Source of the DNA: an uncultured Desulfurococcales archaeon
GTDB lineage: Archaea > Thermoproteota > Thermoprotei_A > EX4484-217-1
DNA length: 64,000 nt
Reading direction: 5' to 3'
Assembly (NCBI GenBank): GCA_964526225.1
Contig: CAZGLL010000002.1
Span: 1,248 to 65,247 of the forward strand
The notes beneath the pieces are model-generated. The model worked only from the letters and a program-made list of their open reading frames with translations, had not been told where the DNA came from and did no database searches. Shown piece after piece: positions 1-9,153 of this stretch. The stretch's first letter is position 1, and every line of letters begins with the position of its first letter. A program made the translations under genes and the position numbers.

Positions 1-829
1 TTCGGAAAAACTAGACATCCCGGTTTTCACAGTTAAGGACTATGCTCTTCCAAAATGGGTTTCGAAACATGATTTAGTAGTTTCTATTAGCTACTCAGGT
101 AACACATTAGAAACTATTGAATGCTTTAAGCAAGCGCTAAATGTTGGAGCTAAAGTGGTAGCTATTTCGTCCGGAGGTAAACTTGAAAACCTAGCTAGAG
201 AAAACAATGTGCCACATGTTAAAGTTATTAAAGGCCTTGTACCTAGAGCCTCACTACCATCGATGTTTGCTGCTCTCTCTAAATCGTTAAACATGGTCTT
301 AGGAGAAAAAGTTGTTAGGGAAGAAGAGTTTGAAGAAACAATAGATATTCTAAAACATGGTGTAAGCGAGGCGGAAGTAAAGAAAATAGCTGACCATGTT
401 GAAAACACATTGCCAATAATAGTCGGTTGTACGAAGTATTTTCCATTAGCTATTAGGTTTAAGAATGAGTTAAATGAGAACTCGAAAATACCAGCTAAAG
501 TAGAAATAGTTCCCGAATGGGGCCATAACGACATTGTAGGTTGGGAGCAACCATACTTTAGAAAATTCTCAGCACTAATACTTAAAGAAAAGAAATCTAA
601 GGATAGTAAATGTATCGCAATACTCGACTATATCACTAAGTACTTTGAAAAATCCGGAATAAAGACGTTAACTGTGGAAATTAAAGGTGAAAGCACCACA
701 GCTCAAATGCTATATGGAAGTCTCATAGCAGGTCTAGTTTCAGTCGAGCTCGCTTATAGGAGAAACATAGATCCTGTAGAAACAAAGAGCATAAACGAGT
801 ATAAAAAATACTTTACAATGTTATTCTGA
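1..829 (+). CDS. bifunctional phosphoglucose/phosphomannose isomerase (SIS domain), 5' end cut by the window edge
   Basis: ORF in frame 2 runs to the window start. The 'VVSISYSGNTLET' SIS motif and the C-terminal region are typical of archaeal PGI/PMI. Confidence 0.75.
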   Translation, partial: SEKLDIPVFTVKDYALPKWVSKHDLVVSISYSGNTLETIECFKQALNVGAKVVAISSGGKLENLARENNVPHVKVIKGLVPRASLPSMFAALSKSLNMVLGEKVVREEEFEETIDILKHGVSEAEVKKIADHVENTLPIIVGCTKYFPLAIRFKNELNENSKIPAKVEIVPEWGHNDIVGWEQPYFRKFSALILKEKKSKDSKCIAILDYITKYFEKSGIKTLTVEIKGESTTAQMLYGSLIAGLVSVELAYRRNIDPVETKSINEYKKYFTMLF

Positions 830-897
830 AATATAATCGGAACATTAAAATAGTGTCAGAAAGCTATCTTTTTTCAGAAAAATATGGTGCATACTCC

Positions 898-1146
898 ATG
901 GAGAAAAAGCTATTTTTACTACGTGTTGGCAAGAGAGGAGAAATATACACTAAGAAGGAGTTAAGGGAGAAGTTGGGAATAATTAAGGGAAGCTATGTTA
1001 AAGCATATATTGAGAATAATAAGATGATTATTGAACCATTACCTTCAATAGAGGAATTAGTAAAAGACACTTTCGCTACTCTAACACCTGAGGAAGCCGA
1101 GAAAATAAGCGAAAAAATCCAGAAAGAGGCAAAAATATTTGGATAA
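898..1146 (+). CDS. AbrB/SpoVT-type antitoxin (VapB-like)
   Basis: Small protein with a swapped-hairpin AbrB motif 'LRVGKRGEIYTKKELREKLGI'. It overlaps a downstream PIN-domain gene by 8 nt. The ATG at 898 is preferred over the GTG at 853. Confidence 0.6.
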   Translation: MEKKLFLLRVGKRGEIYTKKELREKLGIIKGSYVKAYIENNKMIIEPLPSIEELVKDTFATLTPEEAEKISEKIQKEAKIFG

Positions 1147-1609
1147 AATACTACTTGACACTACATATTTATTGCCAATTTTCGGAATTAACATTAATTT
1201 TCAAGGGTACGAAAATTATTTCCCCAAAATTCTCACAAAATTCAATGTATTTTACAATCCGATATCGATAATTGAAGCAAAATGGATTGTTCTTTCCATA
1301 ACAAAACATTATGGGAAAGAGGAGAGATCAAGAAGGCTAGCTAGATTTAGAATTGGACTACACTCATTATTATGGGATAGAAGAATTTCCCCAACACCCT
1401 TAACTAATCCGGATATTGAAGAATTTGCTGATAGATTACTTATAGAATTAAATTTGAAGGACTTTTTCGATAGAATAATATATTCGACAGCAAAATACTA
1501 TGATGCAATTCTACTTACCGAAGACAAAACATTGCTAAAAATAGCACGAAGTACTAGCAATTACTCATTGAGAGCGGTTAATTGGAAATCTTTGATTAAA
1601 AACCTTTAG
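1139..1609 (+). CDS. PIN-domain toxin (VapC-like ribonuclease)
   Basis: 156 aa. The N-terminal 'ILLDTTYLLPIF' is PIN-like with an acidic residue pattern. The TTG start overlaps the stop of the antitoxin gene. Confidence 0.65.
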   Translation: MDKILLDTTYLLPIFGININFQGYENYFPKILTKFNVFYNPISIIEAKWIVLSITKHYGKEERSRRLARFRIGLHSLLWDRRISPTPLTNPDIEEFADRLLIELNLKDFFDRIIYSTAKYYDAILLTEDKTLLKIARSTSNYSLRAVNWKSLIKNL

Positions 1610-1616
1610 TTGCTCC

Positions 1617-2300
1617 TTATTTTACTCTCAATATTTCCTCTATTTTTGTTGAGATTTCTTTAGAATGTATCATGGTGCTTGGAGGTCTTTTGCCCTTCAA
1701 CTCTCTAGGTAGCGGATCGCTACAGTACATTGCGTCACTTAGTTCATCGAATAACACTATTGGCGGTAAGATTGCAGCAGCTCTAATTTCTCCTTTTCTA
1801 ATGTTTTGAATGTTCGTTATTATTGTGAAACCTTCTTTTTCTGTTCCAGCCTTAGTTATTTTAAGGTTCGATGCTTTAGGATGCTTCATTATTGAGAATA
1901 TTTCGACCGCTAAAATGTCTATAGCATACTCAGACTTATTTTCATCACCAAGCTTTATTCTTAAGGGTAAGCCGGCAAGTATCCTTAAGCAATACTTCAT
2001 TTCTGAGAGCAAATGTTTTTCACTTATGCTTTTAGGTTTAAACATTTTTGGCGGAGCGATTACTTGAGCTAATTCCAATGTTTGCTTAGGTATTTCCTTT
2101 AGGGGAGGATACGTTAGTAAGAGATTTGATGGTATGAAGGAGTATTTAACTGCCATTAGGTTACTACGTATTTTTGAAAGAATGTCCAGTGCTTTCTCTT
2201 TCCTATGCGGGTAGGGAAGTCCTTTTTGCCTAAGTATTTTCTCTAATCTAGCAATAGCGTTTTCAGCTACTAAAATTCTGAAGTCATGTGCTGTATCCAT
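1617..2300 (-). CDS. hypothetical protein
   Basis: 227-aa ORF occupying a gene-sized gap. No motif recognised with confidence. Confidence 0.45.
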   Translation of the reverse strand: MDTAHDFRILVAENAIARLEKILRQKGLPYPHRKEKALDILSKIRSNLMAVKYSFIPSNLLLTYPPLKEIPKQTLELAQVIAPPKMFKPKSISEKHLLSEMKYCLRILAGLPLRIKLGDENKSEYAIDILAVEIFSIMKHPKASNLKITKAGTEKEGFTIITNIQNIRKGEIRAAAILPPIVLFDELSDAMYCSDPLPRELKGKRPPSTMIHSKEISTKIEEILRVK

Positions 2301-2541
2301 GGTTTAAACACCTAAAGCTTATGATGCATTTATGCTTTGGGTTCCTGTAGGCGGAATACTTCTTTAACTACTTCTGAGGTTTATTGCTTCCTATATTAGA
2401 ATTAGTGCGTACACGTCTATTATGTGTGCTCCAAGTATTCTGTATAAATCTCCTTTAACAACAACCTTATACTTTCACCAACAACGAAAGAAAAACTTGT
2501 TCTTTAAGTGCTTTGGATTTCCAAAATCGTTAATAAGAGGG

Positions 2542-2964
2542 TTAAGATGGGATAACACTTATGTCTCCGTTCTTAAAAATCAATATTGTTATGGGTTTAA
2601 TAACTCTTGTTCCACGAATGTTCTTTCCCGCTTTAAACCTTATTTCATCGTATATTCTTGTGAAATTAGCCTTCAACTTCACTTTCGCACTATCTGCTGC
2701 TTCAATAACTAATTTAGGTATTTCTACAAGGTGTGTTCCAGGCTTTATAGTTACTTTAGCTACTGCAAGCAATGACCTATATGCGTTCAATGTTTCCTCG
2801 GCTAATCTAATGTTTCTCATAGCTCTTTTCTCTATTATCGCAACATTCTCTCTTGAAGTACCTAATATTTCAGCTATTTCCCTTTGAGTATATCCTTTTA
2901 TTCTCAATTGTAGAACCTTATATTGTTCTTCCGTTAGTAAACCATACTTTCTTCTTGAAGGCAA
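2542..2964 (-). CDS. tfx: Tfx-family DNA-binding transcriptional regulator (sigma-70 region-4/LuxR-like HTH)
   Basis: HTH motif 'LTEEQYKVLQLRIKGYTQREIAEILGTSRENVAIIEKRA'. The 140-aa length is typical of archaeal Tfx. Confidence 0.7.
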   Translation of the reverse strand: MPSRRKYGLLTEEQYKVLQLRIKGYTQREIAEILGTSRENVAIIEKRAMRNIRLAEETLNAYRSLLAVAKVTIKPGTHLVEIPKLVIEAADSAKVKLKANFTRIYDEIRFKAGKNIRGTRVIKPITILIFKNGDISVIPS

Positions 2965-2980
2965 TATTGCTTACCTCATG

Positions 2981-4261
2981 CTAAACGGTCCTTAAATCTA
3001 TTATTCTTTTTATTTTACCTTTTGCTGGAACGTATTTTTCTATTTCGTTAGAACTTACAACTTCTACACTTATTCTTAACATTGTTTTCTTCTTCAATTC
3101 TTGCGAAATTTTTTCTTCTAAGATTTTAGCAGCAACTCCTCTCAGACTACTTTTAGCTTCAACAAGAACTTTCACATCATCGTACTTAGTTAAGATTATT
3201 ACATAGTTTGGTTTAAGCTCTTTAAACCCCATAATTACTTCTTCAACATTTTCAGGGTATAGACCTACACCTCTTACCTTAACCATGTCGTCAAGCCTTC
3301 CCTTAATCCATGAAATTAGCGGATGACCTGGTCTTAATCCGCAATCGTAGCCTTTGAGCTTAACAATATCTCCTGTTCTAAACCTTATTAGAGGCATTGC
3401 TTCTCTACGTAGAGTTGTTATTACAAGTTCTCCCTCCTCACCCTCATCAAGGATTTCTCCTGTTTCAGGATCCACAACTTCGATTAGGAAGTTATCAGCC
3501 CAAACATGCATTAACCCTTTATGTTCAGGTGTTTCAACAGCAATCCCTGGTCCGCCTGCTTCCGCTAAACCGTAATTGTTGAATGCTTCTATTCCGAGAG
3601 CTTCCTCTATTCTTCTTCTAGAATACTCGGTCCAGAACTCAGCACCTATAATAGCTAATCTTAATTTTAGATCTTTCCCAGGCTTTAAGCCCCAATCTTC
3701 CGCTAAATCGGCAAGCTTCAGCGCGAATGAAGGTGTTGCGTGGAAAGCTGTTGCACCAAGTTCAGCCATTGCTTTAAGTTGTTTTTCAGGAGAAGCAGGA
3801 CCATAAGGTATTACTGTACATCCTAGTTTCTCAGCACCAAATAAATACCCTGTACCAGTGAATAAGCCATGACCAACAGTATTTTGGAATACATCACCTG
3901 GTCTAACTCCAATGGCCCAAAGGTTTCTCGCTAATAAATCATACCATGTTTCAAGATCTTTTTCCGTATAAAATGTTAGTACGGGTTTACCTAGGGTTCC
4001 GCTTGAGGAATGAATTCTTCTAACCTCGCTTAGCGGCACAGCTAGTGCTTCATAAGGGTAGTGTTTTCTCAGCTCTTCCTTCGTAGTGAAAGGTAGTTTT
4101 GAAATGTTGGAGACGTTTATTTTTGAAACATCAATTCCCCCTAGTTTTTCACGGTAGAGTTTGCTTTTCAAAGCTTTAGCTATTGTTTCTTTAAGTAGCT
4201 TATTTTGAATGTTGGCTATTTCCTTCTTCCCGAGTTTTTCGAAATTACTCCAGAAACTCAT
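2981..4261 (-). CDS. paaK: phenylacetate--CoA ligase (adenylate-forming)
   Basis: 426 aa. Motifs 'SSGTLGKP', 'YGLAE' and 'RTGDIV' are present. It shows an ATGA overlap with the upstream transporter gene. Confidence 0.85.
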   Translation of the reverse strand: MSFWSNFEKLGKKEIANIQNKLLKETIAKALKSKLYREKLGGIDVSKINVSNISKLPFTTKEELRKHYPYEALAVPLSEVRRIHSSSGTLGKPVLTFYTEKDLETWYDLLARNLWAIGVRPGDVFQNTVGHGLFTGTGYLFGAEKLGCTVIPYGPASPEKQLKAMAELGATAFHATPSFALKLADLAEDWGLKPGKDLKLRLAIIGAEFWTEYSRRRIEEALGIEAFNNYGLAEAGGPGIAVETPEHKGLMHVWADNFLIEVVDPETGEILDEGEEGELVITTLRREAMPLIRFRTGDIVKLKGYDCGLRPGHPLISWIKGRLDDMVKVRGVGLYPENVEEVIMGFKELKPNYVIILTKYDDVKVLVEAKSSLRGVAAKILEEKISQELKKKTMLRISVEVVSSNEIEKYVPAKGKIKRIIDLRTV

Positions 4262-5784
4262 GATAGCGAAACCTCCTTTCCCATGTTCTCCACGATTGAA
4301 ATGAAAACTATGGTTACTGTTGAAGCTAAGAACCCTATTATCGGGAAGTATATTGGTGCACCAGCTACATTCAAGCTAACACCTAACCCTAGAGGGGGCT
4401 CAGTAACCAAGTAGCCAACTATGATTGTTGAAATGAAACCTACAATCATACCCCATAATACAGCGTTTCTAGTTGTTTTACTCCAATACAGACTTAGTGT
4501 AAGCGCTGGGAACCATGTTGAAAACATTATTCCTAAAGCTAACCATATAAGCCATGCTATAAGTGGTGGAGGGCTCAGCGCAACATAAGCCGTTATGATG
4601 CCTATTAGCACTATAGACGCTCTATTTATCAAGTTTATTTTCTTTGCTGAAGAATTACCTTTAGCTATGATGTTATGGTATATGTCGTAAGCAACATTAA
4701 CGCCAAACGTTAACAATAATCTATCGGTTGTAGACATTACAGCTGCTAAAACAACAACTACAATAAACACGTATACTTCGTATGGAAGTACTGCTTTAGC
4801 TAAAACCGGAAATACTGCGTCGGTAAGTTTTGACCCTGGAATTACTGGGTGCTGAGGTAAACTTATTATTCCCAAGTATTCAGCTACCCTACCTGAAATA
4901 CCTATTATTTTCGCTGAGGAAAGTAGTAGAAAACCTAGTCCGAAAAGCACTGGCGGCAATAGCTTCATGTGGGATATTTTCTTCAACGACATAACATTGT
5001 TTATTATGTGAGGGGCAACAGCTAACCCTAAAGGCACGGTTAAGCCAAATAGTGTAAAAAGAAACATTGGCGAAATAAGCGGTGCTTCCCATGACCCCCA
5101 AGGTTGATTTAAGAACCCTGCGAAAGGCCCTTCACTTATTTCAGCTAATGTAGCATTTATTTTCTCTAATCCGCCAAGACCTGACACTATTAGAATTGCT
5201 GAAACCGTTAAGCCTCCAACGACTATTAGTCCTTGAATAAATGATGTCCATGAAACAGCAAATAATCCTCCAGCTACGACGTAAGCTAGTGTTACGATGA
5301 GCGATACAACTATAGCTAACCCGTAATCCCATCCTAATACCGCTTTGAAAATTATTCCTATAGCAACATATTGCCCTACAAGGTAAACTGCGCTTACAAA
5401 AGCTGAAAATATTGCTGAAATGGCTCTCAAACCCTTAGTATCATTGAATCTATAGGCTAAGTAGTCTTGTACTGTAAGTATGCCATTCTCTTTAGCTAAC
5501 CTATTTAGTTTCATACCGAAAACAGCTATCGATAACACTAGAGATAGCGGAACAGCTATTTGCTCCCACCATGTAGTATAACCTGCAACATAACCTAACC
5601 CTGCAACTCCAAGAGCTGTCATGCCGCTAACTAACGAGGCAACCATTAGTAGCGAGAAAACCCAAAATCCTAAACTACCTCCAGCATTAACAAAGTCACT
5701 GATAGACCTTACTTTCTTTGAAGCATAAATGCCGATGGCCATCATGCCTACTAAATATAGTATGATTAGTGGAAGTTCTATCAT
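4258..5784 (-). CDS. sodium:solute symporter (SSS) family transporter
   Basis: 508 aa and polytopic, with 13–14 hydrophobic helices and SSS-like N-terminal helices. It sits in an operon with paaK. Confidence 0.8.
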   Translation of the reverse strand: MIELPLIILYLVGMMAIGIYASKKVRSISDFVNAGGSLGFWVFSLLMVASLVSGMTALGVAGLGYVAGYTTWWEQIAVPLSLVLSIAVFGMKLNRLAKENGILTVQDYLAYRFNDTKGLRAISAIFSAFVSAVYLVGQYVAIGIIFKAVLGWDYGLAIVVSLIVTLAYVVAGGLFAVSWTSFIQGLIVVGGLTVSAILIVSGLGGLEKINATLAEISEGPFAGFLNQPWGSWEAPLISPMFLFTLFGLTVPLGLAVAPHIINNVMSLKKISHMKLLPPVLFGLGFLLLSSAKIIGISGRVAEYLGIISLPQHPVIPGSKLTDAVFPVLAKAVLPYEVYVFIVVVVLAAVMSTTDRLLLTFGVNVAYDIYHNIIAKGNSSAKKINLINRASIVLIGIITAYVALSPPPLIAWLIWLALGIMFSTWFPALTLSLYWSKTTRNAVLWGMIVGFISTIIVGYLVTEPPLGLGVSLNVAGAPIYFPIIGFLASTVTIVFISIVENMGKEVSLS

Positions 5785-5930
5785 CTCCTAGAATCACCTC
5801 TCCTCCTACTTACTATAGCAGAAACGATAAGTACTGCAAAAATAGCTGAAGGTAACGCAAAAGCCATTACAAATGTTGATATAGGTAGGCCAAGTATTGT
5901 TCCAACACTATTCAGTATAAACCAATTCAC
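5781..5930 (-). CDS. small two-TM membrane peptide, possible symporter accessory subunit (DUF3311/DUF485-like)
   Basis: Manual read of the minus strand gives 'VNWFILNSVGTILGLPISTFVMAFALPSAIFAVLIVSAIVSRRRGDSRR'. Its stop TGA overlaps the ATG of the symporter (ATGA). The start is uncertain: GTG at 5930 or ATG at 5867. Confidence 0.3.
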   Translation of the reverse strand: MNWFILNSVGTILGLPISTFVMAFALPSAIFAVLIVSAIVSRRRGDSRR

Positions 5931-5939
5931 CTGTCACCC

Positions 5940-6110
5940 TTTTACTGCAAATTAAAATCTAAGTGGGAAAAGAGTGGGATACTAGTATAAAAATTTATTC
6001 CATTTAAAAGTAAGAGAAAACTAAATAAGATTTATTTTCCCACTTATGGAAGACTAAATAAGCTATTAGAGCACTAAATAACCTACTAATTAATAAGCTT
6101 TTTCCTGTAC
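5940..6110. promoter_or_regulatory. divergent intergenic control region with a 12-bp inverted repeat and triple direct repeat
   Basis: TAAGTGGGAAAA (5960–5971) is matched by TTTTCCCACTTA (6035–6046). ACTAAATAA(G) occurs three times (6021, 6053, 6073). The region lies between the symporter operon and the sixA-like gene. Confidence 0.3.
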
Positions 6111-6167
6111 ATGTAAAAATGGTAGTGGTATTCACTAACCCTAAGGTTCCCCTAGGTGATGTGGAAT

Positions 6168-6632
6168 ATGTTACTTCTGGTTATGAGGCATGGTAAAGCT
6201 GAACCTAAAAAGCCTGGGTTAAGAGATGAGGAAAGAAGACTTACTAATGAAGGTAGAAGTGATGTTGAATATGTAGCTAGAATACTTCCTAATAAACCAT
6301 CTAGGATATTATGTAGTCCAATGGTTAGGGCGAAGGAAACAGCTGAAATAGTTGCGAAAGTTCGTGGTGTAAAGTACGAAATTGTTCAGGAACTTTTACC
6401 TGAAAATGTAAGTGTTGATTCGTTAAGGAAGCTTATTACAGAAGAAAATGTTTTGCTCATAGGACATGCTCCAAGTATAGAAGAATTTGTCTCCGAACTT
6501 ATTGGTGGCGGGAATGTAAAAATGAAAGCTGGTGCTGTAGCCGGACTAGATGTTGAAGAGTTTAAGCGCGGTAGAGCAAAACTCGTTTACCTAATAACAC
6601 CGCAGATAGCGAGAAAGCTCATAGAGAGTTAG
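6168..6632 (+). CDS. histidine phosphatase family protein (SixA/phosphoglycerate-mutase-like)
   Basis: 'LVMRHGKAE' matches the catalytic RHG motif at the N-terminus. Length is about 155 aa. Confidence 0.65.
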   Translation: MLLLVMRHGKAEPKKPGLRDEERRLTNEGRSDVEYVARILPNKPSRILCSPMVRAKETAEIVAKVRGVKYEIVQELLPENVSVDSLRKLITEENVLLIGHAPSIEEFVSELIGGGNVKMKAGAVAGLDVEEFKRGRAKLVYLITPQIARKLIES

Positions 6633-7216
6633 TTTATGTTTTTAGCTAATCTTTCACCTACCTTAAAAGCTTCAACATTTTCTCTAAACCTATAGTATTT
6701 TGAACTTCTAAAAGCTTGTATAATATGTTCTCTATTTACACCAATACTGGCTAAAGCGTTTAATCCTGTTAGAAACCCTAAAATGACCATGTTTAAGCTT
6801 TTAGGCGACCCTATTCTTAACGCTTCATATGTTGCATTAACTAAGAAAAGATTTGAAGTAGCTTTTCTCAAGGCTTCTATGAGCTTCTCTTTAGGAGGAA
6901 CATTTACACTTGGAATATTAGGTTTAATAATGTCATTGTTAACTATGGCTAAAGTATCTCTAGCTACGAAGCCTATGTTCCTTACGGCTTCGATAAGTTC
7001 TAAAGCCAACATTATATTTGCTTTTTCAAATAGTGGTGCATAAACTTCGTCACCTATTCTAACATATACTGCAACGCTTCCTCCTCGCTGACTTAGCCCT
7101 CGTGTTTCAGCAATAACCACGTTCTTTCTACATCTTAGGGAAGCTTCGCCTAATAGCTTAGCTAGAGTTAATTGGCCTTGTCCTCCAATGCCACATATTA
7201 AGATGTTTTTAATCAT
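6629..7216 (-). CDS. iorB: indolepyruvate ferredoxin oxidoreductase subunit beta
   Basis: 195 aa with 'ICGIGGQGQ'. Its start overlaps the iorA stop (ATGA). Confidence 0.85.
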   Translation of the reverse strand: MIKNILICGIGGQGQLTLAKLLGEASLRCRKNVVIAETRGLSQRGGSVAVYVRIGDEVYAPLFEKANIMLALELIEAVRNIGFVARDTLAIVNNDIIKPNIPSVNVPPKEKLIEALRKATSNLFLVNATYEALRIGSPKSLNMVILGFLTGLNALASIGVNREHIIQAFRSSKYYRFRENVEAFKVGERLAKNIN

Positions 7217-9081
7217 TTTCTCACAACCTTAATTGCTCTTGTAGGGCATACTTCGACACATGCGCCGCAGTCAATACATAAGCTTTTAACGATTTCAGCA
7301 ACACCATCGCCTCTATTAACTATTGCAGGGCATGAGAAGAAATCGTAACATAACCTACACTTTATACATTCAGCTTCCTCAATAATCACTACTCCATGTT
7401 TTAATGGCGGCTTATATAGAACACAAGGCCTTCTAGCTATCAGTACTGCAGGTTTTCTCTTATTGATGACGTATTTTATGAGTCTTTCTAGAATAGCTCT
7501 TGTTTCACCTATGTTGTAGGGGTCTACAACGTATGTTTCAGTTATTCCTAAAGCCCTAGCTATGTTCTCTATGGGGACTTTTACATTCACATTTAAACTT
7601 GAAGTTGGTTTATCTGATCCTGGATGAGGTTGAAAACCTGTCATAGCTGTTGTTTCATTATCGAAAACTACTGTGAGAAATGGGGCATTATTTACTACAG
7701 CGTTAAGCAGTGGAGGTATTCCTGCATGGTAAAATGTTGAATCACCTATGAAAGCAATAGTTAGTGTTTTTTCATCTAGTACGTGGGAGAATCCGTTAGC
7801 TAAACCTATGCTTGCTCCCATGTCAACTACTATGTCATGCATTTCGAAAGGCCTATTCACACCTAAAGTATAACATCCTATGTCGCCGCTGAAAACGGCT
7901 TTAACTTTAAGCTTAGCCAACGTTAACTTGAGCGCATAATATAGGGATCTATATGGACATCCGGAACACAATGTTGGAGGTCTAGATGGAATTTCCCCTA
8001 AAACATCTTCTTGAACATCTTGGGCCAGAGTTGCAATTTCAATGTTGAAAGCTTTCTTAACACCTTTAGCTACCTTAGATAAACTCAGTTCTCCCATAGG
8101 TTCAATGACGTTTTTACCGTAAATTTCTAAGCCAATTTTCTCTTCAGCAACAATAGCCTTAACTTGATACTCCACTACGGGGTCTCCTTCTTCAACAATA
8201 AGAACTTTTTTGGCATTATTTAGTTCGTTAAGTATTGTTTTTCTAGGTATTGGTACTGCTGAAGACAGTTTAATTATGGTGAATTTATCCAATACATTAT
8301 ATGTTTTAAGCAGTTCGTAAACGTATGAGAAACCTATACCTGAGGCAATGATTATGTTTTTTATTCCTGAATTAATGACTTTATCAAACGGGTTCTTTTC
8401 AATATCGTTGCAAATGTTCCTCCATTTTACTAACAGTTTTTTCTTCATCTCTCTAGCATATTGCGGAACAGCAACTCTTTCTTTAGGTTTTTTCACAAAA
8501 AAGCCTTTGGTTTTAGGTTTAACTATTCTACCTAGTGTTACTACCGAGTGAGTATGACTTATCCTAGTTACAGACCTTAGTATTACTGGGTGTTTATGTT
8601 TTTCCGAAAAATCATATAGGAACACCGTTAAATCCTTAGCTTCCTGAGGTGTTGAAGGCTCAAAGACTGGTATGTAAGCGTGTAACCCATACCATCTATT
8701 GTCTTGTTCGTTCTGGCTACTATGCATGTTCGGGTCATCAGCTGTAACAATAACGAAGCCTGCTTCAGCACCTATGTAAGCTGATGTCATTAGGGGGTCT
8801 GAAGCAACATTTAAACCAACATGTTTCATTGCGACAAGGCTTCTTACACCACTAAGGGCTGCAGCATATGCTGCTTCATAAGCTACTTTCTCGTTAACAC
8901 TCCATTCAACATATATGCCTACTTCTTTAGCTACTTCGAAAAGCGACTCTATGATTTCGCTTGATGGTGTTCCAGGATATGCTGATGCAAAACCTACTCC
9001 AGATTCTAAAGCTCCCCTAGCTATTGCTTCATTACCTAACATTAGTACTTTTGTTCCTTCAGGAAGCATTAGCTTGTGCAT
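7213..9081 (-). CDS. iorA: indolepyruvate ferredoxin oxidoreductase subunit alpha (TPP- and 2x[4Fe-4S]-binding)
   Basis: 622 aa with 'GDIGCYTLG' (TPP) and C-terminal CxxCxxCxxxCP ferredoxin motifs. Confidence 0.9.
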   Translation of the reverse strand: MHKLMLPEGTKVLMLGNEAIARGALESGVGFASAYPGTPSSEIIESLFEVAKEVGIYVEWSVNEKVAYEAAYAAALSGVRSLVAMKHVGLNVASDPLMTSAYIGAEAGFVIVTADDPNMHSSQNEQDNRWYGLHAYIPVFEPSTPQEAKDLTVFLYDFSEKHKHPVILRSVTRISHTHSVVTLGRIVKPKTKGFFVKKPKERVAVPQYAREMKKKLLVKWRNICNDIEKNPFDKVINSGIKNIIIASGIGFSYVYELLKTYNVLDKFTIIKLSSAVPIPRKTILNELNNAKKVLIVEEGDPVVEYQVKAIVAEEKIGLEIYGKNVIEPMGELSLSKVAKGVKKAFNIEIATLAQDVQEDVLGEIPSRPPTLCSGCPYRSLYYALKLTLAKLKVKAVFSGDIGCYTLGVNRPFEMHDIVVDMGASIGLANGFSHVLDEKTLTIAFIGDSTFYHAGIPPLLNAVVNNAPFLTVVFDNETTAMTGFQPHPGSDKPTSSLNVNVKVPIENIARALGITETYVVDPYNIGETRAILERLIKYVINKRKPAVLIARRPCVLYKPPLKHGVVIIEEAECIKCRLCYDFFSCPAIVNRGDGVAEIVKSLCIDCGACVEVCPTRAIKVVRK

Positions 9082-9153
9082 TAACCAGCTAACCTAAGCT
9101 TTAACCGTGAATATTGAAGTTTAAAGGCTTTACGGAAAAACTGTTGTTTAGCT

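Noticed and set aside
2300-2420. C/D-like boxes (ATGATGC … CTGA) downstream of the 1617–2300 gene.
   Set aside because: The C box is imperfect and there is no D'/C' arrangement or 12-nt spacing.
3354-5332. Antisense ORFs inside paaK, the symporter and other long genes (for example 3354–3806 +, 4889–5332 −, 8348–8551 +, 9434–10297 region, 10998–11414 −, 12738–13031 −).
   Set aside because: They lie entirely within well-supported coding regions on the opposite strand and have low-complexity translations. They are typical shadow ORFs.
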